The position numbers were made by a program, and so were the translations under genes. Positions 13,986-29,535 of a DNA stretch of 64,000 bases are shown here, piece after piece; the first letter of the stretch is position 1, and each line of letters begins with the position of its first letter. The stretch comes from the human T2T-CHM13v2.0 reference genome, Homo sapiens: NCBI RefSeq assembly GCF_009914755.1, contig NC_060942.1. One strand, given 5' to 3'. The notes under the pieces were generated by a model, which was not told the DNA's origin, made no database searches, and saw only the letters and a program-made list of their open reading frames with translations.

Positions 13986-14311
13986 TTTTTTGTTTGTTTG
14001 TTTGTTTGTTTGTTTGTTTTTTGAGACAGGGTCTCGCTCTGTCACCCAGGCTGGAGTGCAAGTAGTGTGATCTCGGCTCACTGCAACCTCCGCCTCCCGG
14101 GTTCAAGCAATTCTGCTGCCTCAACCTCCTGAGTAGCTAGGATTACAGGCGCTGACCCCCATGCCCGGCTGATTTTTTTAATATTTCTAGTAGAGACGGA
14201 GTTTCACCAAGTTGGTGGTCAGGCTGCTCTTGAACTCCTGACCTCAGGTAATATGCCCGCCTCGGCCTCCCAAAGTGCTGAGATTATAGGCGTGAGCCAC
14301 AGTGCCCGGCC
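13986..14311 (-). mobile_element. AluS element
   Basis: Antisense Alu dimer with a (GTTT)n tail, ending gtgcccggcc. Confidence 0.97.
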
Positions 14312-17300
14312 CATGGTTGTTTTATATAGCCTATGTTCATCAGCTAGAAAGCTTTTATGCTTACTTTCTATTTTCTTCTAACAGTAACTTTATTTAAAAC
14401 TTTTAAAAATAGCTTTATTGAGATAAAATTCTTCTACCATACTATTCACTCATTTAAGGTGTATGACTCACATTCATTTAAAGTGTGTTTTCTAAGGTCA
14501 TGCAACCATTATCACAATCTAATTTTAGAACATTTTAATCTCCCTTAAAGAGAATAATCACACCCATCAGCTGCCACACCCCACCCCAACCCCACCCTTT
14601 TCACTCACTCCCCCATACCACTGAGAAATCACTAATATACTTTCTATCTCCATAAATTTGCCTTTTCTGGCCATTCCATATAAATGAAATTATACAATAT
14701 ATATATTCTTCTGTGACTTGCTTCTTTCACTTATAATGTTTCTACATTATATTGCATTTATAATGTTACTACAAGGTTCACCCATGTAGTAGCTGTATTT
14801 CATTCCTTTTTATTCCTGAATAATATTTCATTGTATAAATATACCACATCGTATTTCTCTTTTCATCAGTTGATAAACAATTGATTTGTTTTACTTGTTG
14901 ATTGTTATGAATAATGCTGTTAATATTTGTGTACAAGTTTTGAGTGGACATGCGTTTTTTATTTTTGTGGGCATATACCAGGGAGTGGAATTGCTGGGCA
15001 CGTGATAATTCCATGTTTAACTCTTTGAAGATTTGCCACTCTGTTTTTTAAAATGGCTGTACTCTTTTACATCCACATGGCAGTGTACAAGGATTCTTCC
15101 TCATCTTCACTAACACTTATTATTGGTCTTTTAAAAATTATTGTATTCTACCAGTGTGAAGTGGTATCTTGTGGTTTTGGTTTACGTTTTCCTAATGATA
15201 AATAATGTTGAGAATCTCTTCATGTGCTTATTGGCCGTTTGTATATCTTTATTTTTTTAATGAAATGTCTCTCCATATCCTTTGGCCACTTTTAGTTTTT
15301 TGTTTTTTTTTTCTGTCTTACTACTGAGTTGTAAGAATTCTTTACATATTCTAACAGTTCCTTCTCAAATATATGATTTGCAAATATTTTCTCCACTTCT
15401 ATGGGTTGTCTTTTAACTTTCTTGATAATATCATTTGTAGCACAAAATCTTATACTTTTCATGAAATCCAATTAAAAAATTTCTCTTTTGCTACTCCTTC
15501 TTTTGTGTTGCTGCTAAGAAAACACTGCTTAACTCCAGGTCATGAAGATTTACCCCAGTATTTTTCCCTAAGAGTTTTATAGTTTTGGCTCTACATTTAG
15601 GTCTTTGGTTCATTTAGAGTTAATTTTTTTGTATGGTGTGAGATAGGGGTTTAACTTCATTTTTTTGCACGTGCTTGTGCCAGCACTATTTGTTGAAAAG
15701 ACTTCTTTCCAGTTAAGTTGTTTTGACATTTTTTGGAAAATCTGCGAATCATAAATGTTTATGGACTTACGGGTTTATTTATGAACTTACGGGTTTATTT
15801 CTGGACTTTCAATTCTGTTCTATTGTTCAATTCTGTCCTTACACTAGTGTGACACTGTCTTGATTACAATAGCTTTGAGGCAAGATTCAAAATTGGGAAA
15901 TGTGAGCTCCCCAACTTTGTAATTATTTTTCATAGTTATTTTGACTATTTTGGATCTTTTACATTTGCATATGAATTCTAGGATCGCCTTGCCAAATTCT
16001 GCAACAAAGCCAGGTAGGATTTTGAAAGGGATTTTTGTTGAGACTGTAGATACATTTGTTGAGTATTATCATTTTAACAATATTTAGTCTTCTGATCCAG
16101 AAACATGGAATGTCTTTTGATTCGTTTAAATATTTTCTAATTTTTGTCAACAATTTTTGCAGTTTTTAATTTACAAATCTTGCACTTCTTTTATTAACAC
16201 CTCAGAGGAGTGCTATTATAAGTGAAATTGTTTTATTCACTTTATTTTCAGGTTGTTTGTTGCACCTGTATAGAAATACAATGGCTTTTTTACATTGTTA
16301 CTAGATTTTGAAGCCTTGTTGAACTTGTTTGTTAGTTCTAATAGTTCTTAGTGGATTCTTCAGAATTTTATATACAAAATTATGTCGTCCATGACTAGAG
16401 ATAGTTCACATTTTAAAAAAAATCCAGATGTCCTTTATTTCTTTTCCTTGACTAATTGCCCTTGGCAGAACCTTCATAACAATTCAAATAGAAGTGGCTA
16501 GAACAAGTATCTTTGTCTTGGTCTTTATCTCAGGGAGAAAACATAATACATGCTGGTCTCTCACCTTTGTCTGGTTTGGGTATCAGAATAATGATACTGG
16601 CCTCATTAAATGAGTTGGAAGTGTTCCCTCCTGCTCTATTTTTGGATGAGTTTCTGAAGGATTAGTGTATATATATATATTTTTTGAATGTTTGGTAGAA
16701 TTCATCAGTAAAGCCATCTGGTGCTGGGCTTTTCTTTGTGTGAAAATGTTAAATTACTAGTTTGATCACTTTATCTGTTGTAAATTTACTCCAATTTTTA
16801 ATTTATTTTTGAGTAAGTCTCAGCAGTGTATGTCTTTGTAGAAATCTGTCCAATTTATTTATGTGAATTTTGGCATAGAGTTGTTCATAGTACTTATTTA
16901 TAATCCTATTTCTATAAAGTTGGTGGTGATATCCCCTTTCATTCATAACTTTCATAATTTGAGTCATCTCTCTTTTTTCCTGGTCAACCTAGCTAACATT
17001 TGTCATTTGTTTTTTTCCCCACAAAGATCAGGTTTTGTTTATTTTTATTTTCCCTATTATATTCTATTCTCTATTTTATTAGTTTCTGCTCTAGTATTTA
17101 TGATATCCTTCCTTCTACTTGCTTTTAGTTAAATTTGGTCTTCTTTTTTTAAAAAAATTTTAAAGGGCATACTTAGGTTATTAATTTGAAACATTTCTTC
17201 ATCTATAATATGGCCATTATAGGTATAAATTTTTCTCCAAGCACTGTGTTAGTTGCGTCTCATAAGTTTTGTAAGACATGTTTTCATTTCCAATCATCTC

Positions 17301-17485
17301 AAAATATCTTCTAGTTTCCTTTTTGATTTCTTATTTGACCCATTAGTTACTTAGGGTATGTGCTGTTTAATTTCCATATATTTTGAATTTCCCAAATTTT
17401 CTTCTGTTTTTGATTTCTAATTTACTTCAGGAGGTCAGAGAACATACATTGTATAACTTCACTAATTTTAGAAATATTGAAGCTT

Positions 17486-17792
17486 GGCTGGGTGTGATGG
17501 CTCATGCCTGTAATCCCAAGACATTGGGAGGCTGAGGTGGGTGGATAGCTTGAACTCAGAAGTTCAAGACCAGCTTGAGAAATATGGCAAAACCCTGTCT
17601 CTACCAAAAAAATACAAAAATTAGATGGGTTTGGTGGTGTGTGCCTATAGTCTCAGATACTGGGAAGGTTGAGGTGGGAGGATGGCTTGAGTCCAGGTGG
17701 TGGAGGTTGTAGTGAGTGGAGTGTCACTGCACTCCAGCCTGGGCGACAAAGCCAGAACCTTAATCCCCCTTCCCCACCCTTGCAAAAAAAAA
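17486..17792 (+). mobile_element. AluJ-like element
   Basis: Diverged Alu dimer (ggctgggtgtgatggctcatgcc...gaggatggcttgagtccagg). Confidence 0.93.
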
Positions 17793-19049
17793 TTATTGAC
17801 GCTTGTATCGCCTAACATGAGTTACCCTATAGAATGTTCCATGAGAGCTATATAATATGTATTCTGCTGCTGTCGTACAGTATGTACTTTAGATATCTGC
17901 TATGTCCCATTGGTTTATAATGTTCAAGTTTCTTATTTTCCTGTTGATTTTCTCCCTAGCTGGTCAATTCTTTACTGAAAGTGGGATATTGGGTTCTTCA
18001 ACTATTACTGAATTATCTGTTTCTCCCTTCAAGTTTTTTAGCTTTTGCTTCGTCTTTGGGCACTGTGTTGTATATACATTCCAAAGTTTTATCTTTCTGG
18101 TGGGTTGGCCCTTTAATAATGATGAAATGTCCTTCTTTATCTCTAGTAACATTTTTAAGTTTATTTGTCTGATATTAGTATAGCCACTCCAAGTCTTTTA
18201 TAGTTGTGGTTTACGTGGCACATCTTTTTCCTTCCTTTTACCTTCAACTTATTTGTATCAATATATTTGTATTGGTACCTAGCATATTTTTCCTTTGTTT
18301 TACTCAACTTATTTGTATCAATGTATTTGTATTGGTAGATGGCATATAGTTGGATCTTGTTCTTTTATCTCATATGACAATCTCTGCCTTTTGATTGGAT
18401 TGTTTAGTTTACTTAAGATTTATATTAACTTAACTCCAAGGAAACAGAAAAACTTTACTCCTATAGAGTCCCATTTACCCTCCTATAGAGTCCCATTCAC
18501 CTGATCCCCTTTTTGTGCTATTACTGTTATACATATTACAACTTTATATGTCACAAACCCAATGACATATTTGATGATTATCAGTTTGTATAATCTTAAA
18601 TCTTTAAAGAAGCTGACAGAAGAAATAGAATATATTTAAATTTTTATGTTAACCTTCATATCCAGTTCTCTTCATTTCTTTAAGCAGATTTAACGTACCA
18701 TTTGATGACATTTTTTTACTTCAATAGAACTTTGTTCCCACCCACCTCCCTTGTGCTATTATTATCAAACATATCACATTTCTATAAGGTACAGCCACAA
18801 CAATGCAATCATATGCATATTTTAATAAAATTTTTAAATTAGCCAAGAGAAAAAAGGAAAAGAAATATGCAACTATAATTTCTTTTACAATTATCTACAT
18901 AATTGTACCTTGTTTTGCAATGTGAGCTAGAAATACTTTCTGGTGTTCAGTATTTCTTGTAAAGCAGACCTGCTACCAACAAATTCTCAAGGTTTTTTTT
19001 ATTTGTTTGCTTGTTTTTAACTGGGAATGTATTTCACTTCCTTTTTAAA

Positions 19050-19498
19050 ACATAATTTTAACTTATTTTAGATTCATGGGGTATATGTGCAAGTTCGTTA
19101 CATGGGTATATCTTGTAATGCTGAGGTTTGGGGTATAAATGATCCTATCACACAGGTAGTGAACATAGTACCCGATAAGTAGTTTTTCAGATTTTACCCC
19201 CTTCTTTTGTCCTCTCTCTGGTTGTCCCCAGTGTCTATTGTTTTCATCTTTATGTCCAATGTGTACTCAATGCTTAGCTTCCATTTATAAGCAAGAACAT
19301 GTGGTATTTAGTTTTCTGTTCCTGTGTTAATTTGCTTAGGATAGTGGCCTCCAACTGCATCCACGTTGCTGCAAAGAACAAGATTTCATTGTTTTGTATG
19401 GCTGTGTAGTATTCGATGCTGTATATGTCCCGCATTTTCTTTATCTAATCCACTGTTAAGGGGCATTTAAGTTAATTCCATGCCTTTGCTACTGTGAA
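19050..19498 (-). mobile_element. 5'-truncated L1PA13-16-like 3' end
   Basis: Antisense L1PA 3' UTR; TSD ttcacttccttttt (19033-19046) / ttcactcccttttt (19499-19512). Confidence 0.9.
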
Positions 19499-20460
19499 TT
19501 CACTCCCTTTTTTGAAAGATAGATTTCTAGAATGTTAAATTCTTGGCTAATACATTTTTATTTTCAGCTCTTTGAATATGTTGTTCTGCTCCCCTTTTTT
19601 TCTGTTGAAAAGTCAGCTGTTAATCTTATTGAGATTCATTTGTATGTGATAAATTATTTTTCTCTTTCCAGTTTCAAGGTTTTCTCTTTGTTCTTAGCTT
19701 TCAACATTTTGGTTATAATATGTCTGGATGTAGATCTTTTTGCTTTTATTTTACTTAGAACTCATTGAGCTTGTTGGATGAGTACATTAATGTGTTTCAT
19801 CAAATTTGGAAAGTTTTGAGTCATTATATCTTTGATTTCCTTTTTCCATCCCTTTCTCTCTCTCCTCTCCTTCTCATAAATATTTTAATGTACATTTAGT
19901 GATGTTCCACATTTCTCTGAGGCTCTTTATTTTTATTCATTCTTTTTTTTCTCTGTTTTCTTTAGATTGAATAATCTTTACTGCTCTATCTTCAAGTTCC
20001 ATGATGCTCTCTTCTACTAGCTCAAACCTATTTCAGATTCTACTAACCTAATTCCAGAGAAATATAGAAACTTTATCCTACTAGTGAATTATTTTTATTT
20101 CATGTATTATAATTTTTCAACTCCAGAGTTTCTGTTTGGTTATTTTTAGTACTTTCTATCTATATTCTTTATTTTATAGACATTTTATTGTAACTTTCTT
20201 TAATTTGTAAAACCTTGTTTCCTTAGTTCTTTAAACACATTTGAAATAGGTTTTTTGAAGACTTTGTCTGCTCATTATACCATCTAGAATCCCTCAAAAG
20301 CAGTTTCAACTGCCTGGGTTTTTTCTTCTTTTTTTCTTTTTCTTTTTTCCCCTCTTGTTGTTTGTTTTCTTGCATATGTGTTACACTTTCCTCTGTTTTC
20401 AAGTTTTAGCTCACATTTTTCTTGAAAACTATACATTTTAGATAATATAATGATATATTA

Positions 20461-20793
<333 letters not shown>

Positions 20794-22249
20794 CTAAACT
20801 CCCTCTCTGGAGGTGGTGGTTGTTTGCTTGGTCATTTGATTATTTGTTTAATGACTTGGCTGAGCTAATTCTGCAGAGCCTATTTCTCCTGCAGTGTGCT
20901 CAAATTGTTTTTTGTTGTTTTTGTGTTAGCCTGGCAACCAATGGTTACTACAAGTCAGTATAAGTTATTTATTGGATGAATGTTGTGCTTAAGCCTCCTT
21001 AGCCTTTTACTTCTAGATCTTTACCCTTCACCATTGGATGTGTGTATAGCTTGGAGGCTATGATCACAGTGAAAACCGTTTTGGTTTTTGCCCCATGTTC
21101 AGGCAGGGACTAGTAGCTTGGAAGTTCCCTCTCTGATTATTTCTGAGAGGGCACAGTTCTCAGCATACACACAGCCTTCCAGACGGCCAGAAGTGACTGT
21201 CATGTTATTTTTAAGTCTAGCTTCCCAGGAGTCATACCTGTGCCAGCCTAGCATATTGCTCAGTAAATGTTTGGTCATCAGAGATTGTGTTTAAGAAGTT
21301 TGTGCCAGTGAGGCTTCTACCGTGTGTTGATGTGCCTGTGTATGGCTTGGAAAATGCTTTCAAGTTTGTTCTGTCTTCTGTTCTGATTTCTCCAGAGCTG
21401 GGACAACCACTTAGTTGCACGGTTTTTCCAACCCTCAGAGTTGACTGTGATCCCAAGAGTGTTCTTAATTGCTGTTTCCTTGTTTCTCTCTATAAGGCAT
21501 CTGGCTGCTCATCCACTCTGCTGCATTATAGAACTACCAACTCCTCTTAACTGCTTTCCTTCAAAGTTTGTTTTGTTTTCAGCAAAGTCCTTAAACATAT
21601 ACTTGTCCTCATTCTGATCCCAAAAGTTCAGTCTCTTCAGCCATAACTATAGAACTCTTAACCTTTATGTTCTTCCCTTCCCCCCAGGAATAACCCTCAA
21701 AACACTGCAGCAGATTTGGAAGTGGGGGCCTGCTTTTCCCAGAGTGACATCACTACTCTACAAGTAGGCACAGGAAGAGGTGGTAGCCCCAGCCTTCTTG
21801 GGCTACCTTTTGCAAGGTGGAACCGCCAACTGCCAAGCCAGTTGTTGTGGTGATTTACAGCCCAGTATTCTTGGGTAGAGCTTCTGTCCTATGAGTGGCA
21901 ACTGAGTTGGGGAAGGGTAGATCTGGTCTGTTCAGTCACATATGCCTAGATAGAGCTTGTGCAATACAGATTTGACAGAGATGAAAAATGCCAGAAATCA
22001 GCCTCTCCTGATATCAACTATAGTTCCATACTGGGAGCAACAAGGTAAGAGAGCCCTTGTCTTCTGACTGCACATACAGAGTTTTCATAATACAGAACTT
22101 GGGTTGGAGGTGGAACAGATTGTGGCTGAAATGTCAAAAACTTTTGCTATTACCGAGATTTGGTAGGCATACTTGAATAAATGTTTATCTATTGGCTATA
22201 TGCCTCTAGAACAATTTCCAGATACTTTATATAATTGGTTTTTTGGATA

Positions 22250-22648
22250 CATAAGCATGTAATAAAATTTCTCATGTATCTCATAAATTTGTACAAATAA
22301 AGAAACTGGTATTCAGATTATATAAATAACTTTCTCAACTCAATAATAAGAAAATAATTCCCCCACCCCCCAAATGGCAAAAGATTTAAATATATAACAC
22401 CAAAGATGATATATGAATATACAAATGGTAAGTAAATAAGCAAAAAGATGCTTAACATCATTAGTCATTAGGGAAATACAAATTAAAACCACAATGTGCT
22501 ACGGCTATTAAGGAAAAAAATAGACAATACCAAGTCCCGAGAATGGGAATGAAAAATACAGCTATTTTGGAAAACAGTTTCGTAGTTTTTTTAAATGTTA
22601 AATACTGACGGTATTGATCAGGGTTCCCAGAGAAGCAGAAGCAATATG

Positions 22649-22702
<54 letters not shown>

Positions 22703-23700
22703 TTGTTTATGTGTGTGTATGTGTGGAGAGAGAGAGAGAGAGACATTTATTATAAGGAATTTGCTCATGCAATTACAGAGACTGACAGGTCCCAAGATCT
22801 ACAAGCTGAATCAGCAAGCTCAGGACCCATGAAAAACTACGAGTTAGTTCTAGCTGGTGTCTGAGGATCTAGAATGAGGAGAGCCAATAGTATACTTCCT
22901 GTCCAAAAGCTGGTAGAATTGAGACCCAGGAAGCACCGAAGTTTCAGTCCAAAGGTCGGGAAAAGCTAATCTCCCTTGCCCAAGGTAGTCTGGCAGGAGG
23001 AATCGCTTTTACTCAAGGGAAGCTGATCTTATTGTTACAGTCAAGCTTTCAACTGATTGGAGGAAGTACACCCACATTAGGGAGGGCAATTTGCTGTACT
23101 CAATCTGCTTATATAAATATTAATCTCATCCAAATACACCCACACAGAAACACTCAGAATAACATTTGACCAAATAGCTGGGCACTGTGCATGTGGCCAA
23201 CTCGACATATAAAACTTGCCTTTTTATTTACCAAGAAAAATAAAGATGTCCATACCAAAAAATATATGTAATTATTTATAGTAACTTATTCATAATCATG
23301 CAAACAACCCAAATGTCCATCAGCTGATGAACAGGTAAACAAATTGTGGTGTAAGCATACAATGAATTACTATTTAGCAATTAAAATAAGACAAATCTCA
23401 AAAGCATTATGCTAAGTGAAAAAGGCCACATTCAAAAGACTACGTATTATGATCTATTTATATGATGTTCTGAAAGAGGCAAAACAATAGAAACAAGAAA
23501 GAGGTCAGTGGTTGCCAGGAGCTGGGGAAAGGACCACAAAGGGCACAGGGAACTTTCAGGATGAGGGAAATATTCTTTATCTTAATTGTGATGTGGGGAG
23601 TCACATGACTGTAAGCCTGTCAGATTTCACCAAACATTAACATGTAATCAGAATGAATTTTTCTTCATGTAAATTACACCTCAATAAAACCTGGCTTAAA
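22250..23700 (+). mobile_element. L1M (L1MB/MC-like) 3' end fragment interrupted by an MLT2 LTR
   Basis: aaagatgcttaacatcattagtcattagggaaatacaaattaaaacc; aaagcattatgctaagtgaaa; ends aaattacacctcaataaa. Confidence 0.8.
22610..23217 (-). mobile_element. MLT2B-like (ERV-L) solo LTR containing a (TG)n/(AG)n microsatellite at 22650-22743
   Basis: cagggttcccagagaagcagaa, tattataaggaatttgctcatg, ttcaactgattgg...cccacattagggagggcaat. Confidence 0.88.
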
Positions 23701-24836
23701 TAAATGGCACAAGTTTTGAAGGAGACAGGTCCAATTGTGTGATGTCATCTGCTTTCTTAGGAATCATCCACCATTTGATGGCATCTTTACCTTTGGAGTA
23801 AGCCTCCAAAGGACATTCCCCCTTCTAAGCTGCATTCTCTCCCGAGAAGTGATGCCTTGTCAATAATTCATCTCTGTTCCACATGCCTACCAACTCCCTT
23901 CATTTTGATTTCCAGGTAGCCCTGCTCTATCTGACTCGTCCTGAATATTTCCCCTTTCTGAGAGGGAGTCTCTCCTTCAGGTAGTGTGTTCTGCCAATGC
24001 TGGGACCCATTGCTCTTTTCATTCTTCTGTGCAATCTCCACCTAACCCCACTCTGGGAGTCTCCAGTGATCTTCTGGTATTCATTCATTTTCAAATTTAC
24101 AGGAAAATGGACATTTATAGAATTTGCTATCTTTTACTCTGCAGGTTATATGTGATTTTGTTTGTCCTCCTTGGTTTTATTGGTTTGAGAAATGTAGAGA
24201 GATTTAGATTATTCTAACTGGCTTCTAATCTTATTGCAATAGTCTCAGACATGTTGTTCTGCATGTTAACCGTCCTTAGAAAATTCTTGAAATATTCTTC
24301 CCTATTCTGTAGTAAAATTTGGTAAATTGTTTATATATTCTGAAAAGAGTATACATTACCTCATTATTGAGCATGGGAACTTGTTAGCTATATTGATAAA
24401 TTATTCTAAAACTTACTTAATTTTTGTCTGCTGAAAGAAAAATTTCTGATAGAAGGATGTTTTAAAAATCAATTTGATATAGATTTTTCAAATATAATAC
24501 ATGCATATTTCCAAAATAAAATAATGTATTTGAAGTAACTTTTAAACTATGAGTGCTACAGACAGTTATTGCATTAGCCATGGAAACAAGAGAAAATATA
24601 TGATAACACTTGGCATAAAAGTACCAATTAAAAGTGTCCTGAAAAGAATTCATTCTGGATATTACAGTTTGTCTGACTGAGAGCATTAATCTTATTAGCC
24701 AAAGAGGCTGCCTTAAAACCTTTGCATAATAACAGTCAAAAATGGCGTAACCTTGATGTCTATGAGTTGCCAGAAGACTTTATTATCTCTATGTTGATTC
24801 AACTAGAATGATTACTGCTCTCAGGACATATCAGAG

Positions 24837-25650
24837 TGAAACAGGAGAGTTCCCTGATTCCCCTGGCAGGATATGCGACAGGGGTGGCTGGCATGCTTAG
24901 TCACCCCGCAGCTCAAACCTCAAGGGAGAGCATAGAGATGGGCAGTGCAGAGGCTGGAGCCAGCACTTCTGGGCTCTGGCCTCAAAGTAGCATCTAGGGG
25001 TGGGTGTCTAACTCCCGAAGCCCAAGTGGGCGTGGTTACAAAGCTCTTTCAGATTTGCCATCTGCAGGTGACTTTTATGTTAATCAGTTCAATACACCCT
25101 TGTCTTTTCGCAGGGGCTGGGGGCCAGTGTGACAGCCTTCTGTATCCTGAGCTCTTGCCCAGTGTCCTGAAAGAATGAATCACACATGGGTTTGAAGCAT
25201 GAGTGAAAGGTTTTATTGAGTGGTGGAGGTGGCTTCAGTGAGATGGATGGGGAGCTTGAAGAGGGGGATGAAGTGGGAAGGTGGTCTTCCCCTAGAGTCG
25301 GGCCACCCAGTGGCCGGACTCTTCCCCAACAAGCCCCCAGCTGAACTCTTCTGGACATACAGACGTCCCTCTTCTTCTCTCTTGCTCTGCTGCATTGTTC
25401 TGCCCTTGCTGGTCTGCTGGTCTCGACTTCCAGCTACTTGTGTGTGTGCTCGCTATAAAGGTCTTGGGTTTATATGGGCACAGGATGGGGGGTGTAGTGG
25501 GCCAGAATGGTCTTGGAAAATGTAACATTTGGGTGGAAAATAGAAGTGCCTGTTCTCACTTATGTCTTTGGGCACAGACCAGAGGATGGAGCCTTCACCC
25601 GGGACCCTGCCCTTCTCTATCCAGCGCTTCCCTGTCCCCCTTTCGTATCA
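24837..25650 (-). mobile_element. ERV1 solo LTR of the LTR27/LTR28/MER52 group
   Basis: TG...CA termini (minus strand starts tgatacgaaagggggacagggaagcgctgg); minus-strand AATAAA near 25213; degenerate 4-bp TSD agag/atag. Confidence 0.85.
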
Positions 25651-26662
25651 ATAGATATGTAATTTTACCTCTGTCTCTTCCAATAAAAGCCTATTTGATT
25701 TCAGTAAATCTCACACAATATTTTGGTACAAGATATAAACCTCTAAGACTTAAGAATGTCAAAGCACATTTTGCTAGTCATTTGGTAGAGTCCCAGGGGA
25801 ACTGAACTTTGAGATAGTTTTCAATCATGGGTTTTACTCAAACAAACAGTGTAGCTGCAAAGAGACACTGTCAGCACACAATTAGAAAGATATACATTTT
25901 AAAGGTCATTGTTTTCATTGTCTTTTCTGTGTTAATGAGCATGGCATTAAGACATGAGGATTTCAAGCAGAGGTCTCTGCAGGGTTACTGTGAAATATAA
26001 TCGGATGTCATGAGAGTAGGGGAAAGAACCCCTGATGTTTCTCCTCACTATTCTACTCTACCAGCTCATGAACCGTGTTAAGGGTGGGAACCAAATACAG
26101 TAAAGCGATATTTTGTCTCTTTGCTAGTGATTCTGTATTTTTCTGTGTGCAAGTGGGAAACCAAACATTTCTTGCATAATGAAAGACTAATTCGCTTTTC
26201 TCTAATGAGTAAAGATACTTCAATAAATGCCAATGGCTACAGTCTCACATAGTCTATATAATGAAGGAGGGGCAATTTTTTTTGAATGTGCACACATTTG
26301 CATTATAGAGTCCTTTCTAACTAATTATCAGGAACATTCAGTGATGTTTTTAAACTCACTCACTTTTAGACAGTGTATAGACCTGGAAAGTGAATAATGG
26401 GATTAGGAATGATAGGTCAATTATTCCTGTCTAGACAAGGACATTAATGTTCATAAATGATGATTATGGGACTGCTATCTTAGCCTACTAGAATGGAATC
26501 AGCATGGGGATCCAGTGCTCAGGTGACCTGGAAACCACTTTGACACTTCTCAAAGAGGCACCAGTAGCAGAGCTGAAGGTTTAGAGAAGAAGTTAAGTGC
26601 ATTTTTGTCAGGAAAGTGCTAGGTAAATTCAATGAGAAGATAAACAAAATGAGAACAGATGA

Positions 26663-27120
<458 letters not shown>

Positions 27121-27420
27121 TTAACTAGAACCAGCTTGCTTTTCTGTGACAAAAAAGCAATATCAGATATAAAGCTTTTTCTCCATTATTTGAATTATGT
27201 ATTTTTCTCCCTTATCCACCAGTTGTTCTCATGGGATAAGAGAGAGGGTGGTTGGACATAAAGAGCTCCCTTTGGCACTGCTGATCCTAAGCTTCTTGTC
27301 TGCCTCTTATGGATGGACTGTAGCCTGCCATATCCCTTTCAGCTTCACTTGGATACAACATTTCCCTCCTTCATGCTTTGGTGGGTGGAGAGTGTGGTGA
27401 GGAGGAATAAAAGCAAAAGT

Positions 27421-27938
27421 ATGGTCATTTTCACGATATTGATTCTTCCTATCCATGATCATGGAATGCTTTTCCATTTGTTTGTGTCCTCTCTGATTTC
27501 CTTGAGCAGTGGTTTGTAGTTCTCCTAGAAGAGTTCCTTCACTTCCCTTGTTAGCTGTATCCCTAGGTATTTTATTCTCATTGTGGCAATTGTGAATGGG
27601 AATTCATTTATGATTTGGCTTTCTGCTTGTCTACTGTAGCTGTATGGAATGCTTGTGATTTTTGCACGTGGCTTTTGTATCCTGAGACTTCGCTGAAGTT
27701 GCTTATCATCTTAAGAAACTTTTGGGCTGAGACAATGGGGTTCTCTAGATATAGGATCATGTCATCTGCAAACAGAGATGGTTTGACTTCCTCTCTTCCT
27801 ATTTGAATACACTTTATTTCTTTCTCTTGCCTGATTGTCCTGGCCAGAAATTCCAATATTATGTTGAATAGGAGTGGTGAGAGAGGGCATCCTTGTCTTG
27901 TGCCTGTTTTCAAGGGGAATGCTTCCAGCTTTTGCTCA
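27421..27938 (-). mobile_element. Inverted 5' segment of a twin-primed L1PA (RT domain)
   Basis: Minus-strand ORF 27608-27913 [16 protein letters not shown]...[13 protein letters not shown] is the L1 RT core. Confidence 0.95.
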
Positions 27939-29535
27939 AAGTAATTTATAGACCCAATGCTATTTCCATTAAACTACCATTGACATTCTCTACAGAATTA
28001 GAAAAAACTACTTTAAAATTCATATGAAACAAAATAAGAGCCCATGCAGCCAAGACAATCCTAAGCAAAAAGAACAAAGCTGAAGGCATCACGCTACCCA
28101 ACTTCAAACTATACTACAAGACTCAGTAACCAAAACATCATGGTACTGACATAAAAACAGTCACATAGACCAATGGAACAGAGTAGAGATCTCAGAAATA
28201 AGACTGCACATCTATAACCATCTGATCTTCAACAAACCTGACAAAAACAAGCAATGGGGAAAGGATTTCATATTAAATAAATGGTGCTGGGGGAACTGGC
28301 TAGCCATACGCAGAAAATTAAAACTGGACCCCTTCCTTACACCTTATATATAAATTAACTCATGATGAAATAAGACTTAAACGTAAAACCCAAAACTATA
28401 AGAACCCTAGAAGAAAATTTAGGCACTACCATTCAAGACAGGCACAGACAAAGATTTCATGATGAAGACATCAAAAGCAATTGCAAGAAAAGCAAAAATT
28501 GACAAATGGGATTTAATGAAGCTAAAGAGCTTCTGCACAGCAAAAGAAACTATCACCAGAGTGAACAGACAACCTACAGAATGGGAGAAAATTTTTGCAG
28601 TTTATCCATCTGACAAAGGTCTAATATCCAGAATCTACCAAGAACTTAAACAAATTTACAAGAAAAACCCAAACAACCCCATTAAAAAGTGGGCAAAGGA
28701 CATGAACAGGCATTTCTCAAACGAAGACATTTATGTTGCCAACATATATATGAAAAAAAGCTCCACATCATTGTTCATTAGAGAAATGAAAATCAAAACC
28801 ACATGAGATATTGTCTCATGCCAGTCAGAATGGCGATTATTAAAAAGTCAAGAAACAACAGATGCTGGCAAGACTATGGAGAAATAGGAACGTTTTTACA
28901 CTGTTGGTAGAAATATAAATTAGTTCAACCATTGTGGAAGACAGTGTGGTGATTCCTCAAAGACTGAGAACCAGAAATACCATTTGACCCAGCAATCCCA
29001 TTACTGAGTGTATACCCAAAATAATATAAATCATCCTATTATATAGATACATGCTCACATATGTTCATTTGCAGCACTATTCACAATAGCAAAGACATGG
29101 AATCAACCCAAATGCCCAACAATCATAGACTAGATAAAGAAAATGTGGTACATATACACCATAGAATACTACACAGCCATAAAAAGGAACGAGCTAATGT
29201 CCTTTGCAGGGACATGGATGTAGCTGAAAGCCATTATTCTCAGCAAACTAAAACAGGAACAGAAAATGAAACACCGCATGTTCTCACTTATAAGTGGGAG
29301 CTGACCAATGAGAATACATGGACACAAGGAGGAGAACAACACACACTGGAACCTGTTGAGGGGGCATGGTGGAGAGGGAGAGCATCAGGATAAATAGCTA
29401 ATGCATGCGGGGCTTAATACCTACGTGATGGGTTGATAGATATGGCAAACCACCATGGCACATGTTTACCTGTGTAACAAACCTGCGTGCCCTGCACATG
29501 TATCCCATAACTTAAAATTAAATTAAATTTTTTTG
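27934..29535 (+). mobile_element. L1PA10-13-like 3' segment (ORF2 C-terminus and 3' UTR)
   Basis: ORF 28459-28806 [19 protein letters not shown]; 3' UTR aggataaatagctaatgcatgcggggcttaatacc. Confidence 0.95.

Noticed and set aside
25395-25805. 136-aa ORF running out of the ERV1 LTR
   Set aside because: TTG start, antisense to the LTR, no homology; a chance frame
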